Below, in pieces: positions 10,427 through 21,509 of a stretch of 64,000 nt of DNA (position 1 is its first letter; each line of letters begins with the position of its first letter). The notes under the pieces were generated by a model. It was not told the origin of the DNA. It did no database searches and saw only the letters and a program-made list of their open reading frames with translations. The translations under genes and the position numbers were made by a program. This DNA is from Patescibacteria group bacterium (lineage in GTDB: Bacteria > Patescibacteriota > Minisyncoccia > Phycocordibacterales > UBA12445): positions 75,535 to 139,534 of the forward strand of contig DOAO01000007.1 of assembly GCA_003504275.1 (NCBI GenBank), in the 5' to 3' direction.

Positions 10427-11194
10427 ATGTCATCAAGCGAACGATTCGGATACGAGTGGGATACTTATTCATTTATGGATGAGAATTATGAAAAACAGTT
10501 CTTAAACTGGACTAGTCCTCTACCTAAAAGTTTTTTCAAAGATAAGTTTATTCTAGACGCTGGATGTGGAATGGGAAGGAATAGCTACTGGCCACTTAAA
10601 TGGGGAGCAAAAGAGGTTGTTTCATTTGATCTTGATGAGCGCTCTGTAAACAGGGCGAAAGAAACCTTGAGGGAGTTTAAGAATTCGGAAGTTTTTCTAA
10701 AAAGTATTTATGAAATAGATTGGAAAGATAAGTTTGATGTGGCTTTTAGTATTGGAGTAATACATCACTTGAAAGATCCTAAAAAAGCCCTCCAAAATAT
10801 TGTGAATGCTTTAAAGAAAGATGGCACCTTGCTTATATGGGTATATAGTTTTGAGGGTAATGAATGGATACCAAGGTATATTGATCCAATAAGAAAAAAT
10901 ATTACATCAAAGCTTCCTGTGGGATTGGTTCATTTTTTGAGTTATTTTTGCTCGGTACCGTTATGGACTTTTGTTAAGATTTTTAGAGGACCAACGGGAT
11001 ATTTAAAACAACTCTCAACTTTTGATTTTTGGCATATTCACAGTATTGTTTTTGATCAGCTTATACCAGATGTTGCAAATTATTGGTCAAAGAAAGATAT
11101 TGAAAAATTATTTTCTGGATTAAATATAAAAGATGTTTCTATTAAGATGCCTCCTAATGGGAGCGGTTGGACAATAATAGGATACAAAAAATAA
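10427..11194 (+). CDS. Class I SAM-dependent methyltransferase
   Basis: ILDAGCGMGR, SIGVIHHL. Confidence 0.88.
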   Translation: MSSSERFGYEWDTYSFMDENYEKQFLNWTSPLPKSFFKDKFILDAGCGMGRNSYWPLKWGAKEVVSFDLDERSVNRAKETLREFKNSEVFLKSIYEIDWKDKFDVAFSIGVIHHLKDPKKALQNIVNALKKDGTLLIWVYSFEGNEWIPRYIDPIRKNITSKLPVGLVHFLSYFCSVPLWTFVKIFRGPTGYLKQLSTFDFWHIHSIVFDQLIPDVANYWSKKDIEKLFSGLNIKDVSIKMPPNGSGWTIIGYKK

Positions 11195-11198
11195 TTTT

Positions 11199-11777
11199 AT
11201 GACAAAGGAAATTAAAAAATTAAATCTTGGTGCCGGTGAATTTAAAAAGGATGGATATGTAAATGTTGATTGGCAAGATCTTACAAAACCGGATGTAAAG
11301 CACGATCTCAATGTATTACCATATCCATTTGAAAACAATACTTTTGATTTGATTGAGGCTTTTCATGTTCTGGAACACTTAGATAAACCGTTTAGCATCA
11401 TGTCGGAGCTTCATAGGATTTTGAAACCGGGGGCTATTTTGATAATAAAGGTACCTCATTTTAGTAGGGGGTTCACACACGCTGAACATTCACATGGTTT
11501 TGATGTTACTTTCCCGCTATATTTCAATAGGAATTTCACAAAATCTGGTTATTTTGGGACTGATTTTAAATTAAAAAAATTGAAGCTTAGGTGGTCGGCT
11601 TTTATACACCTCATGCCTTCTATGGGTTACGGGAAGATAAGTCTAACATTGGTTAAAATTGTTGATTTTATTTTCTCGTTTCTGGCTAATCTTAGTCCGA
11701 ATTTTTGCAGTAGAATGTGGTGTTTTTGGGTTGGTGGTTTTGAGGAAATAGAATTTGAATTCATAGCACAAAAATAA
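11199..11777 (+). CDS. Methyltransferase type 11-like protein
   Basis: LNLGAG, HDLN..PYPF, HVLEHL, RILKPG..VPH. Confidence 0.82.
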   Translation: MTKEIKKLNLGAGEFKKDGYVNVDWQDLTKPDVKHDLNVLPYPFENNTFDLIEAFHVLEHLDKPFSIMSELHRILKPGAILIIKVPHFSRGFTHAEHSHGFDVTFPLYFNRNFTKSGYFGTDFKLKKLKLRWSAFIHLMPSMGYGKISLTLVKIVDFIFSFLANLSPNFCSRMWCFWVGGFEEIEFEFIAQK

Positions 11778-11778
11778 A

Positions 11779-12468
11779 ATGTCTATATTTAGGGAATATT
11801 TTAAAAAATGGCCTATTTTTTACTATTTTGTCGGTACTGTTTTTGGCCCTGTTCTACTTGCGGGGTTAAACCCGCGAGGTTTTTTGAAAAAATATAAAAT
11901 AGACGGAAAGGTTCTTAATATTGGTTCTGGTCCAAGAAGAATTGCCTCCGGGGTTATAAATATGGACATAGAAAAATATGAGGGAGTAGATATTGTTGGT
12001 GATGCAACAAATATGCCTTTTGACGATAATACTATTTCTGCTGTGATTTGTGATAACGTCTTAGAACATGTAAAAGATCCACAGAAGGTGGCAGGGGAGA
12101 TAAATAGGGTTTTAAATGTTGGCGGTGTTGCATATATAAGTACTCCTTTTATTTACCCATTCCACTCTTCCCCATACGACTTCACTAGATGGACCAAACA
12201 GGGATTGGAAAAATTATTTAGTGATTTTGATATCGTGGAAATTGGCTCAAGGTCGGGACCGTTTTCTTCGCTAGTGGTTTGCCTATGTTATCTTTTTGCC
12301 ACGATATTTTCTTTTGGAAATAGTACTATTTATTGGTTTTTGGTAGATCTTTTTATGTTTGTCTTCTTTCCTATAAAATTTTTAGATGTAATCTTTAATT
12401 TTTGGCCCAACTCAATAAATATGGCCGCAGTATTGTATGTAGTTGTCAGAAAAAAAGATGGTCAATAA
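11779..12468 (+). CDS. Methyltransferase type 11-like protein
   Basis: VLNIGSG, VLEHV, PFIYPFHSSPYDFTRWT. Confidence 0.82.
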   Translation: MSIFREYFKKWPIFYYFVGTVFGPVLLAGLNPRGFLKKYKIDGKVLNIGSGPRRIASGVINMDIEKYEGVDIVGDATNMPFDDNTISAVICDNVLEHVKDPQKVAGEINRVLNVGGVAYISTPFIYPFHSSPYDFTRWTKQGLEKLFSDFDIVEIGSRSGPFSSLVVCLCYLFATIFSFGNSTIYWFLVDLFMFVFFPIKFLDVIFNFWPNSINMAAVLYVVVRKKDGQ

Positions 12469-14254
12469 ATATTGGGCAAATCTTAAATTTTTTGTTTCTG
12501 AGCACTTAATAGCTATCTTTTTTGCTTTACTTGTCGGAACTTTGTGCTCACTTCCACAGTTTTTAGCTATCTGGTCTCTGGGGGAACAATATAAAGGAAT
12601 TCCTTTTTTGTATAGTGACTCAGAGTTTGTTTATTTGGCTAGAATACAAGAGATATTTGATGGACATTTGTCCGCAAGTTCACATGTTTTTTATGAATAT
12701 AAGGATTCAGTTTCAATAACACCCCCTTCTGGTGAATATTTTTATTTTTTAGGAAGTAAACTATTGGGAATAAGTATTATCGGATTTGTTTATTTGAGTA
12801 AGCTAATTTTTCCCGCCATTCTTTTTCTTCTCATATATTTTCTTGTTTTACTTCTAACAAAGAAAATAGAAAGTGAGTGTGGTCTCGGTCAAAAATTAAC
12901 GGCTATTCTAGCCGGATTAACCTCCACTATAGGGTATGAATTTTTTAATTATCGCACCCTGATACCACTATTGTCGGGTAATACTCAAAATTTAAATTTA
13001 AATATATGGACAAGGCTTATTAATCCCATAACTGGTGCTATTTTATTATTTTTATTCTTTATATTTTTATTAAAAATAATAGAAGGTAAAAGGAAATTGA
13101 TAATACCAGCGGGAATATTACTTTTTTTGATGATTGGCTACATATTCTCCTTCGGAATTTCGCTATTAACTTGTTTGATATTGAGTATTATTTTTGCAGT
13201 AAAAAAGGAATACCGGATATTTAAAGATCTTCTCTCGGTAATTTTATTTTCCACCATCATCTTTGCTGTTTATATTTTTATATCATTAATGACCAACCCC
13301 TATCCGACAGATTCTCTGAGGATGGGATTGTTTTTGACCCATACTGTTTTGTTAAACAAGCTATTGCTTTTAGTCATTTCTTTTTTTGCTGTTTCGTCTC
13401 TTTATTTTGTTAAAAATAAGACCTTTTTTAAAGATGAGAGAAATAATTGGTGGCTATTTCTTTTGTCTGTTGTTTTGGCCTGTTTTATTTCCTACACACA
13501 GCAGGTTGTGACAGGTATGACTGTTTGGCCACAACACCTCGTCCAATATACAATACCGATTTCTATTATAACTGTTTTAGTTTTATTATTTAACTTTTTC
13601 TCTAATAATTGGAGAAAAATATATATCCCTTTTTTAATAATATTAATTTTTTCAAATGTTTTTATGAGTTTAATGAGTCTATTAACATATAAAAATATTT
13701 TAATTGATTTTATTGACGTTCAAAAATATGGAGAAGCTGTTAATTGGATTAAGTTAAATGCCGAAAAGGACTGTGTTATTTTGTCGTCAGATAATAGAAT
13801 GAATCGGATAATACCGGCACTAACCAGATGTAATGTTTATTTATCCGATTGGGTTTTTTCCGGTGTTCCTATGGACAGAGTAAGGCATAATTATTTTTTG
13901 TATCTTAGACTAAAGGGGATTACCCCAGACACCATAGACAGCTATCTTTCTGAAAATAAAGAAGAGGTCTCCAATCTTTTTTTTAGAGACTGGAAAGATT
14001 TGTTTATGGACAATAATGATCCGTGGCTTAATAAAATAAGTAATAAAAAAGAAATAGAAAATTGGAAGGAAGAATTGAATTTAGATTTGGCGTCCGATTT
14101 CAAAAAATTTATGAATAATGACCTTTTAGAACAAATAAAAAAATATAGAATTGACCATGTTATAATAAACGGCGCCGATATTGGCAAATATAAAGAATTA
14201 AAATTGAATTTAATAGAAGAAACAGGTGATTTTAAAATCTATAAATTAAATTAA
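12458..14254 (+). CDS. Polytopic membrane protein (possible GT-C/polymerase-like)
   Basis: About 11-13 hydrophobic segments plus a soluble C-terminus; DSE..YLARI acidic loop after TM1. Confidence 0.5.
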   Translation: MVNKYWANLKFFVSEHLIAIFFALLVGTLCSLPQFLAIWSLGEQYKGIPFLYSDSEFVYLARIQEIFDGHLSASSHVFYEYKDSVSITPPSGEYFYFLGSKLLGISIIGFVYLSKLIFPAILFLLIYFLVLLLTKKIESECGLGQKLTAILAGLTSTIGYEFFNYRTLIPLLSGNTQNLNLNIWTRLINPITGAILLFLFFIFLLKIIEGKRKLIIPAGILLFLMIGYIFSFGISLLTCLILSIIFAVKKEYRIFKDLLSVILFSTIIFAVYIFISLMTNPYPTDSLRMGLFLTHTVLLNKLLLLVISFFAVSSLYFVKNKTFFKDERNNWWLFLLSVVLACFISYTQQVVTGMTVWPQHLVQYTIPISIITVLVLLFNFFSNNWRKIYIPFLIILIFSNVFMSLMSLLTYKNILIDFIDVQKYGEAVNWIKLNAEKDCVILSSDNRMNRIIPALTRCNVYLSDWVFSGVPMDRVRHNYFLYLRLKGITPDTIDSYLSENKEEVSNLFFRDWKDLFMDNNDPWLNKISNKKEIENWKEELNLDLASDFKKFMNNDLLEQIKKYRIDHVIINGADIGKYKELKLNLIEETGDFKIYKLN

Positions 14255-14262
14255 AATATATA

Positions 14263-15399
14263 ATGAAAATTTTATATATATTGGAAAATATGGATGGCAA
14301 AGATGGGTGGAGTACTTATGGTCTTTCTCTTATTGATGAGGTTATGGCACTTGGGATGGAGGTTCGTATTATTTCTTCAAAAAATTCGAAAAAATCAAAC
14401 GAGAAGTCGTCTTTTTTGTATTTTTTAAAACCACCAAAGGATTATTTGTTAAATATTTTTAATTGTTTCTCAGCCTCCCGAAAGATAAGGGTGGTAATTG
14501 AAGAGTTTAATCCAGACATTATTCATTTCGTAGTTGAACCTTATTCAAACATACTTTTATTTTTGAGAAGGAATAAAAAAGAGAAATATATTTTAACCGT
14601 GCATGGAACTTATTCATATATTCCTGAACTATTTGACAACCCCATTAAAAAAATTGTATCCGCTCTTATCTGTGGGGTTGTTTTTAATAGTATCGATAAA
14701 ATTATTGCAGTAAGCAACTTCACTTCAAATTACCTGAAAAGCAAAGCCCCATACCTAAGGGATAAAATAATTGTAATTAAAAATGGAATAAAAATAAATA
14801 AAAACGCAAGGACAGTGAAACAAGAAGGCGGTGTAAAGAAAATTACCTATATAGGAGCCGTAAAACCAAGAAAGGGTCTCTACGAAGCTGTGGAGGCTCT
14901 GGGTATTTTTAAACAAAACAGCAATACTCCATTTATTTTTAATATAATTGGTTCATACCACGGAGGTGATTCATACTATGAGAAGATTTTAAACAAAATT
15001 AAAATCAATAAGCTTGAAGAAAATATAAAATTTCTCGGCAGGGTGAGTGACGAAGAAAAAAATTCGTTGTTGTCTGATTCCGATCTGTTTATAATGACTT
15101 CAATAAATAATGGAAAGGACTTTGAAGGTTTTGGTTTGGTATACCTAGAAGCAAATAGTTTTGGTGTACCATGTATTGGCCCCAACGATTCTGGTGCCGT
15201 TGATGCTATAATGGAAGGTGTTAGTGGATTTGTAGTTAATCCTCGCAATTCGAGAGAAATTTGCGATAAGGTAGATTTTATAATTAATAAGAAAGCCATA
15301 AAAAGAGAGGATTGCGTCGATTGGGCTAAAAAAAACGATATAAAGAATAGAATATTGGAAACCGTTGAAGTTTATAAAGATATAAATAATAACAACTAA
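14263..15399 (+). CDS. Glycosyltransferase family 4
   Basis: IGAVKPRKG, EGFGLVYLEA. Confidence 0.9.
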   Translation: MKILYILENMDGKDGWSTYGLSLIDEVMALGMEVRIISSKNSKKSNEKSSFLYFLKPPKDYLLNIFNCFSASRKIRVVIEEFNPDIIHFVVEPYSNILLFLRRNKKEKYILTVHGTYSYIPELFDNPIKKIVSALICGVVFNSIDKIIAVSNFTSNYLKSKAPYLRDKIIVIKNGIKINKNARTVKQEGGVKKITYIGAVKPRKGLYEAVEALGIFKQNSNTPFIFNIIGSYHGGDSYYEKILNKIKINKLEENIKFLGRVSDEEKNSLLSDSDLFIMTSINNGKDFEGFGLVYLEANSFGVPCIGPNDSGAVDAIMEGVSGFVVNPRNSREICDKVDFIINKKAIKREDCVDWAKKNDIKNRILETVEVYKDINNNN

Positions 15400-15418
15400 G
15401 AATAATTTTTTTCAAAAA

Positions 15419-16558
15419 ATGTCCTTTTTGTGTAAAAAAAAAATTGTGCTGAGTGCTTCATATGGGTTAGGAAACCTGGGAGATGAGGCAATTTGTAAGA
15501 CTTTGATAGAAGATCTTTTTTCTACTGGTTTGGTTAAAAAAATAACTGTTTTGGTTTTTGATAAGGTTGTTTTTATAAATAATCACCCTGAATTGATAGA
15601 AGAAAAAAGGGTTAGTATAAGAGAGTTTTTTGTTGGCCCCAAGGTATTATTATCTATTACAAAAATATATGATTTTTTGTTTTCAATTTATGATTTGGTT
15701 TACTGTGATTTATTTATTTTGGGTGGTGGTGGTTTAATAAGAAATAGAAACGATTGGTTTAGATTTTATATTCAACCATTAAAAATAGTACAATTTTTTC
15801 ATCGAAAAACGGCGATTTTTTCTATTGGAGTTGATGCGGTTGAGAGGGAAGACGTCATCTTAGGGGTTAACAAGATAAAAAGGGTAGATTTTTTCTCTGT
15901 GAGAGACAATGAATCTAAAAATAATTTGCTAGCAATAAATAAGAATTTTTCTGATGAATTTATAAAAGTGATACCTGATCCGGTTTTTCATATGAAAAGT
16001 ATTTATAATCATTCTCCGGAAAATAAAAAGATCGGCTTTAATTTAACTTCGCCGGATCTTCTGAGCCTTGGTGGAAAAGCGTTTGATAAAGGTAAATTTT
16101 TAAATGATCTGTCTGGAATATTTAATGAATTATTTACAAAAGAAAAGTTTGAGCTTGTTTGTTTACCTACAGATACCCAAAAAGATTCTTTGTTTATGAG
16201 CGACTTCATTTCTTCTTTAAATAAAGAAATACACGTTACTTTAATTAAATTAGAAACCCCAGAGCAATTTTTAAAAGAAGTTTCTCGTTGTCGCTGTTTT
16301 ATTGGTATGAGAATGCACTCATTAATAATGTCTTCAATAATAGAAGGTTTGCCGATATTGGGTATAGTTTATGCCAAAAAGGTTGAAAATATGTTTGGGG
16401 AGATCGGTTTTAAAAATATTGTTTCCGCTGATATAATTTCCGGCAGGGATAGTATCATTAAGTTTTTGAGTAGGCCGGAAGACTATGTTTTTGACTTCAA
16501 ATCTACGAAAGATAGTTCTTACGATGGCACAAAGAAGATCCAATTTTTATTAAGATAA
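15419..16558 (+). CDS. Polysaccharide pyruvyl transferase family protein
   Basis: YGLGNLGDEAI, GGGGLI, SVRD..S, PDPVF, GMRMHS. Confidence 0.88.
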   Translation: MSFLCKKKIVLSASYGLGNLGDEAICKTLIEDLFSTGLVKKITVLVFDKVVFINNHPELIEEKRVSIREFFVGPKVLLSITKIYDFLFSIYDLVYCDLFILGGGGLIRNRNDWFRFYIQPLKIVQFFHRKTAIFSIGVDAVEREDVILGVNKIKRVDFFSVRDNESKNNLLAINKNFSDEFIKVIPDPVFHMKSIYNHSPENKKIGFNLTSPDLLSLGGKAFDKGKFLNDLSGIFNELFTKEKFELVCLPTDTQKDSLFMSDFISSLNKEIHVTLIKLETPEQFLKEVSRCRCFIGMRMHSLIMSSIIEGLPILGIVYAKKVENMFGEIGFKNIVSADIISGRDSIIKFLSRPEDYVFDFKSTKDSSYDGTKKIQFLLR

Positions 16559-16568
16559 TATATAAATT

Positions 16569-18425
16569 ATGTGCGGAATTTTGGGAATCGTGAGTTCAAA
16601 AGATGAGAATATCTCTGAAAGTGTTTTTAGGGAATCTCTTTCTTTGATGAGTCACAGAGGACCAGATGGTATGAATATAAAGAAGAATGTAGGGTGTATT
16701 CTTGGTCATGTTAGATTATCCATAATAGATCTTTCTGATTTAGGGAAACAACCAATGTACTGTGAGTTTAATAATAAAAAACTCATGATTGTTTTTAATG
16801 GAGAAATTTACAATTATTTAGAAATTAGAGACTCGTTACTAAAAGAAGGTTTTGTATTTAAAACAAAAACAGACACAGAGGTTCTTGTTGCCGCTTATTC
16901 TTTGTGGGGAGAAAATTGTTTAGATAGGCTCAACGGAATGTTTTCTTTTGCTATTTGGGATGTTAATAGGAGGGAGTTATTTGCAGCTAGGGACAGAATA
17001 GGAAAAAAACCTTTCTTTTACTATAAACATGGAGATACTCTTGTTTTTTCTTCAGAAATAAAGGCAATAAGAAATATTTTTCCACAAATACAAATGGATC
17101 CGGAAAAATTTTTTCAGTATTTAGTTTTACCAAATAATTATAATTCTGGGCCAATTGAAACATTTTTTAAAAACATCAAACAACTTCCCGCCGGGCATTT
17201 TATAAAATACAAAGAAGGAGGAGATTTTTTAATAAAAAAATGGTGGAGCTTTTCTGATTTATTAAAGAATTCAAAAAACGAACAGTTTTTACCAGGGGAG
17301 TTTAATTCGATTTTTCTCGACACCTTTAATGATGCTGTTAAAATAAGGACCAGGAGTGATGTAAAAATAGGATTAAGTTTAAGTGGTGGGATTGATTCAA
17401 CCTCAATATTGAGCGCACTTTCTAAAATTTATGACGAAAAAGGTGGGGATATATTTACGTTCAGTCTTTGTCACCCCGGAAGCAGTACTGATGAAAGGGG
17501 TCTCGTTCAGGACACAGTAGATTATTTTAAAAATAAAACTGGCACAAAAATTATTCCGTCTTTTTTTGACTTTCCCAAAACCATATCAGAAGAAGATGTA
17601 ATTAAGTTTTGTAAAATTCACGATGAGCCCGTTAGAAGTTTCGATGTTTATAATCAATTCTTTTTAAATAAAAAAGTACATGAATCTGGGATTAAGGTTC
17701 TGTTGAGTGGGCAAGGGGCAGATGAATTTTTTTGGGGGTATCCACGTTATTATAATGTTAAGGCCCTAGACGATCTAAAAAGAATAAAAGTTATTAATTT
17801 TATTAAGGATGTTTCATATATATCCAGTTTTTATAACAAAAAGTTTCATTCTGTGGTTTTGAATACTTTCTCAATGATGTTTCCTAGCTTATATTTTAAT
17901 AAAAGATTGGATTATTTTAGTCATAATTATTTTTTGAATAAAGATTTATTGAAGCCGGAGCTTCTTTTCAATAGATATAATTTTCTTAATCCCACCGATG
18001 CTAACGCCTTTAGGGTGGCAGAATTAGATTACTCTAGTTTGCCATCTCTCCTGAGAGATGAAGATATAAATAGTATGAGTTTTTCAGTTGAGACAAGAGC
18101 CCCCTATTTAGACTATAGAATAATGGAACTAGCAACGAAGATACCAATAGAAGAATGTTTAAAAAATAGCCAGACTAAGTATTTCAATAGATCTATTTTT
18201 TCCGAATTAATACCTAAAAATATCGCGTGGAGGAAAACAAAGTCCGGTTTTTATGAAAAAAGAACAATGAGATATCTTAATAATTTTGAGATGTTTGCAT
18301 TAAAGGAAATAAAGAAATCAGATTTTATTAAAAATTTTATTAGAATAGGAGATGTTGATTTGAACAACTCGGAATTGCTTTGGAAATTGTTTAACGTTGC
18401 CGTGTTAGATATTAAACATGATTAA
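16569..18425 (+). CDS. asnB: Asparagine synthase-like glutamine amidotransferase (second copy)
   Basis: MCGI, HRGPD, FNGEIYN, LSGGIDS, GQGADE, ETRAPYLD. Confidence 0.9.
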   Translation: MCGILGIVSSKDENISESVFRESLSLMSHRGPDGMNIKKNVGCILGHVRLSIIDLSDLGKQPMYCEFNNKKLMIVFNGEIYNYLEIRDSLLKEGFVFKTKTDTEVLVAAYSLWGENCLDRLNGMFSFAIWDVNRRELFAARDRIGKKPFFYYKHGDTLVFSSEIKAIRNIFPQIQMDPEKFFQYLVLPNNYNSGPIETFFKNIKQLPAGHFIKYKEGGDFLIKKWWSFSDLLKNSKNEQFLPGEFNSIFLDTFNDAVKIRTRSDVKIGLSLSGGIDSTSILSALSKIYDEKGGDIFTFSLCHPGSSTDERGLVQDTVDYFKNKTGTKIIPSFFDFPKTISEEDVIKFCKIHDEPVRSFDVYNQFFLNKKVHESGIKVLLSGQGADEFFWGYPRYYNVKALDDLKRIKVINFIKDVSYISSFYNKKFHSVVLNTFSMMFPSLYFNKRLDYFSHNYFLNKDLLKPELLFNRYNFLNPTDANAFRVAELDYSSLPSLLRDEDINSMSFSVETRAPYLDYRIMELATKIPIEECLKNSQTKYFNRSIFSELIPKNIAWRKTKSGFYEKRTMRYLNNFEMFALKEIKKSDFIKNFIRIGDVDLNNSELLWKLFNVAVLDIKHD

Positions 18426-19359
18426 AATTAGAGAAAATTGTCCCGTTTGTAGGAGTAGCGAAATCTCAGACATAAGGAGCAGGTACGATTTTACACTTTC
18501 TTTTTGTAAAAAGTGCGATTTTATGTTTGTTAAAGAAATATTTAATTATGATGATTTTTACAATTCTAAATATTTCCGTAATTATGCTAATTCAGAGGCC
18601 TTATTTGATAAGAACAAAGATTCTATAGAGGGGGAGTGTAGTTATGAAAAAAATAAAGACACTCACAAGATTAGCTATGAAGGTGGCTTTCGCGCGTTGA
18701 AAAAATCTATTGACCCACGTGGCGCTACTTATCTAGATATCGGGTGTGCCGAGGGTTATGGGGTTGAGTTGGCTAAAAATTTTGGGGCTATTCCATATGG
18801 GCTAGACGTTTCTAAGGATGCCGTTGAAAAATGTAGGGAAAGTGGTTTAGGGGACATGTTTGTAGGAGAGCTATCAAGTTGCCGATTTTCTAATATAAAA
18901 ATGGCGACCATGATAGATGTTCTGGAACATATGCAAGACCCTGTTTCTAACTTAAGGGCACTTAATAGAATAATGGAAACTGGAGGTTTTGTTTTTGTTA
19001 AGAATAATTTATTTTCCCTAGACTTGTTTATGAATGACAATGATTATTTTTTAAGAAATTTCGAACCACCCTACCACTGTAGTTATTTTTCCGAGAGTAA
19101 GATGGTAGAGATCTTTAATGATAATGGATTTAAATTAGTATACAGAAGACCCAATTTTGTGCTTCATGTTTTTCAAATTTACGGATATCTTAAGGGGCTT
19201 TTTAATCGGAAACACAGGGATCTTTACATGGAAAATAAAAAGAAGAGATTACCGGGATTAATGGCCAAAAAAATTAGCAAAGGAGGTTTTTGGGGTAGAA
19301 AGATGGAGGAGTTTTTCCCGTCGGGCTTTGTCTTTAAAAAGATAAAAAATATTAGTTAA
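18418..19359 (+). CDS. SAM-dependent methyltransferase with N-terminal zinc-ribbon
   Basis: CPVC..CKKC, YLDIGCAEG, DVLEHM. Confidence 0.85.
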   Translation: MIKIRENCPVCRSSEISDIRSRYDFTLSFCKKCDFMFVKEIFNYDDFYNSKYFRNYANSEALFDKNKDSIEGECSYEKNKDTHKISYEGGFRALKKSIDPRGATYLDIGCAEGYGVELAKNFGAIPYGLDVSKDAVEKCRESGLGDMFVGELSSCRFSNIKMATMIDVLEHMQDPVSNLRALNRIMETGGFVFVKNNLFSLDLFMNDNDYFLRNFEPPYHCSYFSESKMVEIFNDNGFKLVYRRPNFVLHVFQIYGYLKGLFNRKHRDLYMENKKKRLPGLMAKKISKGGFWGRKMEEFFPSGFVFKKIKNIS

Positions 19360-19368
19360 ATCTACTGT

Positions 19369-20748
19369 ATGAAAAAAACAATATTTATAACCAGTTTTCA
19401 CAGTATAATCTCAAAAAATATTTTTAATTCTGATGTTTTAAAGATATTGTCTGAAGATAAGAATATAAATATTGTTATTTTTGTTCCCTCCCATAAAAAA
19501 GAATTATTTGAAAAATATTACAAGAGAGATAATATAATCTTTGAGGGGATAAATCTTGAACCCTTAATTAACTCCAAGATAAACACCTTTTTTTCAAGAA
19601 TATCTTTTTTGCTTATGGATTCTCACTATCTTTGGTATAAAAAGGCGGAAAGGTTGGAGACTGCAAAAAACTTGAGGGGATATTTAAAATATTATTATGA
19701 AATTGTTTTTACAAAAATACTCAGCGGACACCGATTTGTAAATAACTTTTATAGGTTTTTTGATTACCTATTTACACCAAAGAATTTTTTCAAAAAATAT
19801 TTTGATGCATATAATCCTAACATGGTTTTTGTAACAGATCTTTTTGATAAGACTGATTCCGCCTTCTTAAGAGAAGCTAAATCTAACAAGGTTTTTTCAA
19901 TAGGAATGGTTAGATCTTGGGATAATTGCTGGAGTAAGGGGCTGATGAGAGTTTTGCCTGACAAATTTATTGTGAATAATGAAGTGATCAAAGATGAGAT
20001 CGTTTCAATGCACAATGCAGATAAAAAAAATATATTTGTTGGCGGGTTGCCACAATTTGATAAATTTTTATCTATGGACTTGGGCTCAAGAAAAGATTTT
20101 TTTGAAAAGTTGAAAATAAGGGAAGATAGAAGATTATTAATGTTTTCCCCATTAGGATATTCTTTATCGGACGTTGATTGGGAGATACTGCAGATTTTTA
20201 AAGATGCAATTAAAAATGGTGACCTACCTGAAAATATTCAATTTTTAATCAGAATGCATCCTGGCAGACCGTTGCCACTTAAGGATTTCACCCCAGACGA
20301 TCATTTTTATTTTGATAAACCAGGAATCGGAGAAGGAAAGGACGTGGAATTTCGACCAGACGACGTTGAGCATTTAGCCAAATCACTTTATTTTTCAGAG
20401 ATAATAATATGGGTAGCAACGACCCTGGGCTTAGATGCAGCTGTCTTTAATAAACCACAAATAGTTGTTAATTTTGATGGCTGGGAAAAACGCGAATATA
20501 TCAATAGTGTACGTAGATATCATAATGAGAACCATATGAGAAAAATGATAGACTGCGGAGGTGTAAAAGAGGTTTTAGACAGAGAATCTCTTATTGAGGC
20601 TATAAATAAATATTTAAACAATCCTTCTCTTGATCAGACCGGTAGAGACGCAATGGTAAAACAACAGCTCTATAAAATAGACGGTAGGTCAGGAGAGAGA
20701 ATAGCCAATTTTATTTTGAGTGAATTAGAAAAAATAGACAAAAAATAA
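19369..20748 (+). CDS. CDP-glycerol glycerophosphotransferase-like / putative nonulosonate transferase (GT-B)
   Basis: SWDN, G.PQFD, IRMHP, TTLGLDAA..KP; lies next to NeuA. Confidence 0.55.
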   Translation: MKKTIFITSFHSIISKNIFNSDVLKILSEDKNINIVIFVPSHKKELFEKYYKRDNIIFEGINLEPLINSKINTFFSRISFLLMDSHYLWYKKAERLETAKNLRGYLKYYYEIVFTKILSGHRFVNNFYRFFDYLFTPKNFFKKYFDAYNPNMVFVTDLFDKTDSAFLREAKSNKVFSIGMVRSWDNCWSKGLMRVLPDKFIVNNEVIKDEIVSMHNADKKNIFVGGLPQFDKFLSMDLGSRKDFFEKLKIREDRRLLMFSPLGYSLSDVDWEILQIFKDAIKNGDLPENIQFLIRMHPGRPLPLKDFTPDDHFYFDKPGIGEGKDVEFRPDDVEHLAKSLYFSEIIIWVATTLGLDAAVFNKPQIVVNFDGWEKREYINSVRRYHNENHMRKMIDCGGVKEVLDRESLIEAINKYLNNPSLDQTGRDAMVKQQLYKIDGRSGERIANFILSELEKIDKK

Positions 20749-20751
20749 ATT

Positions 20752-21468
20752 TTATTTTTTATTACTCTCGAGAAGCTTCATTTTTTGTTCCGCAATAAAC
20801 CAGTCCTCTTCCGTATTTATATCTACGTTGTATTTGTCGTCCATTGTGAATAGTTCAACTTTTTCTCCATATAAATTAGGAACATCTTCATATAGATTTT
20901 TGGGTCTCAGTAGATAAATAATATCGTTTCTTGAGTAGCATTCTGGTAAATCTTGGCTTCTTGTTATTATTTTCTTAAGTGGTTCTCCTGTAAATAAGGT
21001 AACTTTGTCGTCTTTATCTTTTTTTAATATCCAATAGGGATTATTGTTTGCTGTTGCCCTAATAACAGAGACCACTGAATCTGGTTTTTTGTCCTCAAAT
21101 ATTTTTATTGCTTCATCTATCTGTTCCGTCGTTCTGGTTGGATTTGTGGGTTGTAGTAGTGCTATTAAGTCGGGTTGGTAATTTTGATTTTGCTTCAACC
21201 ATTCATATGCGTGTTTGAGGACAGGTTCTATTCCCATTTTGTCTCCTGATAGTTCCTCTGGTCTAATGAAAGGAACTTCGGCTCCATATTCTCTTGCTAT
21301 GTCTGCAATTTTAACGTCGTCGGTTGAGACGATAACTCTATCTAATTTGCTCTTAATGGCACTCTCTATAGACCATGCAATAAGTGGCTTATTTAATAAA
21401 ATCTTTTCATTTTTATGAGGAATTCTTCTTGAGCCACCCCTTGCTGGTATTACAGCTAATATTTTCAT
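20752..21468 (-). CDS. neuA: Acylneuraminate cytidylyltransferase (CMP-nonulosonate synthetase)
   Basis: IPARGGSRRIPHKN, VSTDD, LQPTNP.R, DINTEED. Confidence 0.9.
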   Translation of the reverse strand: MKILAVIPARGGSRRIPHKNEKILLNKPLIAWSIESAIKSKLDRVIVSTDDVKIADIAREYGAEVPFIRPEELSGDKMGIEPVLKHAYEWLKQNQNYQPDLIALLQPTNPTRTTEQIDEAIKIFEDKKPDSVVSVIRATANNNPYWILKKDKDDKVTLFTGEPLKKIITRSQDLPECYSRNDIIYLLRPKNLYEDVPNLYGEKVELFTMDDKYNVDINTEEDWFIAEQKMKLLESNKK

Positions 21469-21509
21469 ATTTTTTATGATATATTAAATCATTATTATCT
21501 TCAAACTAT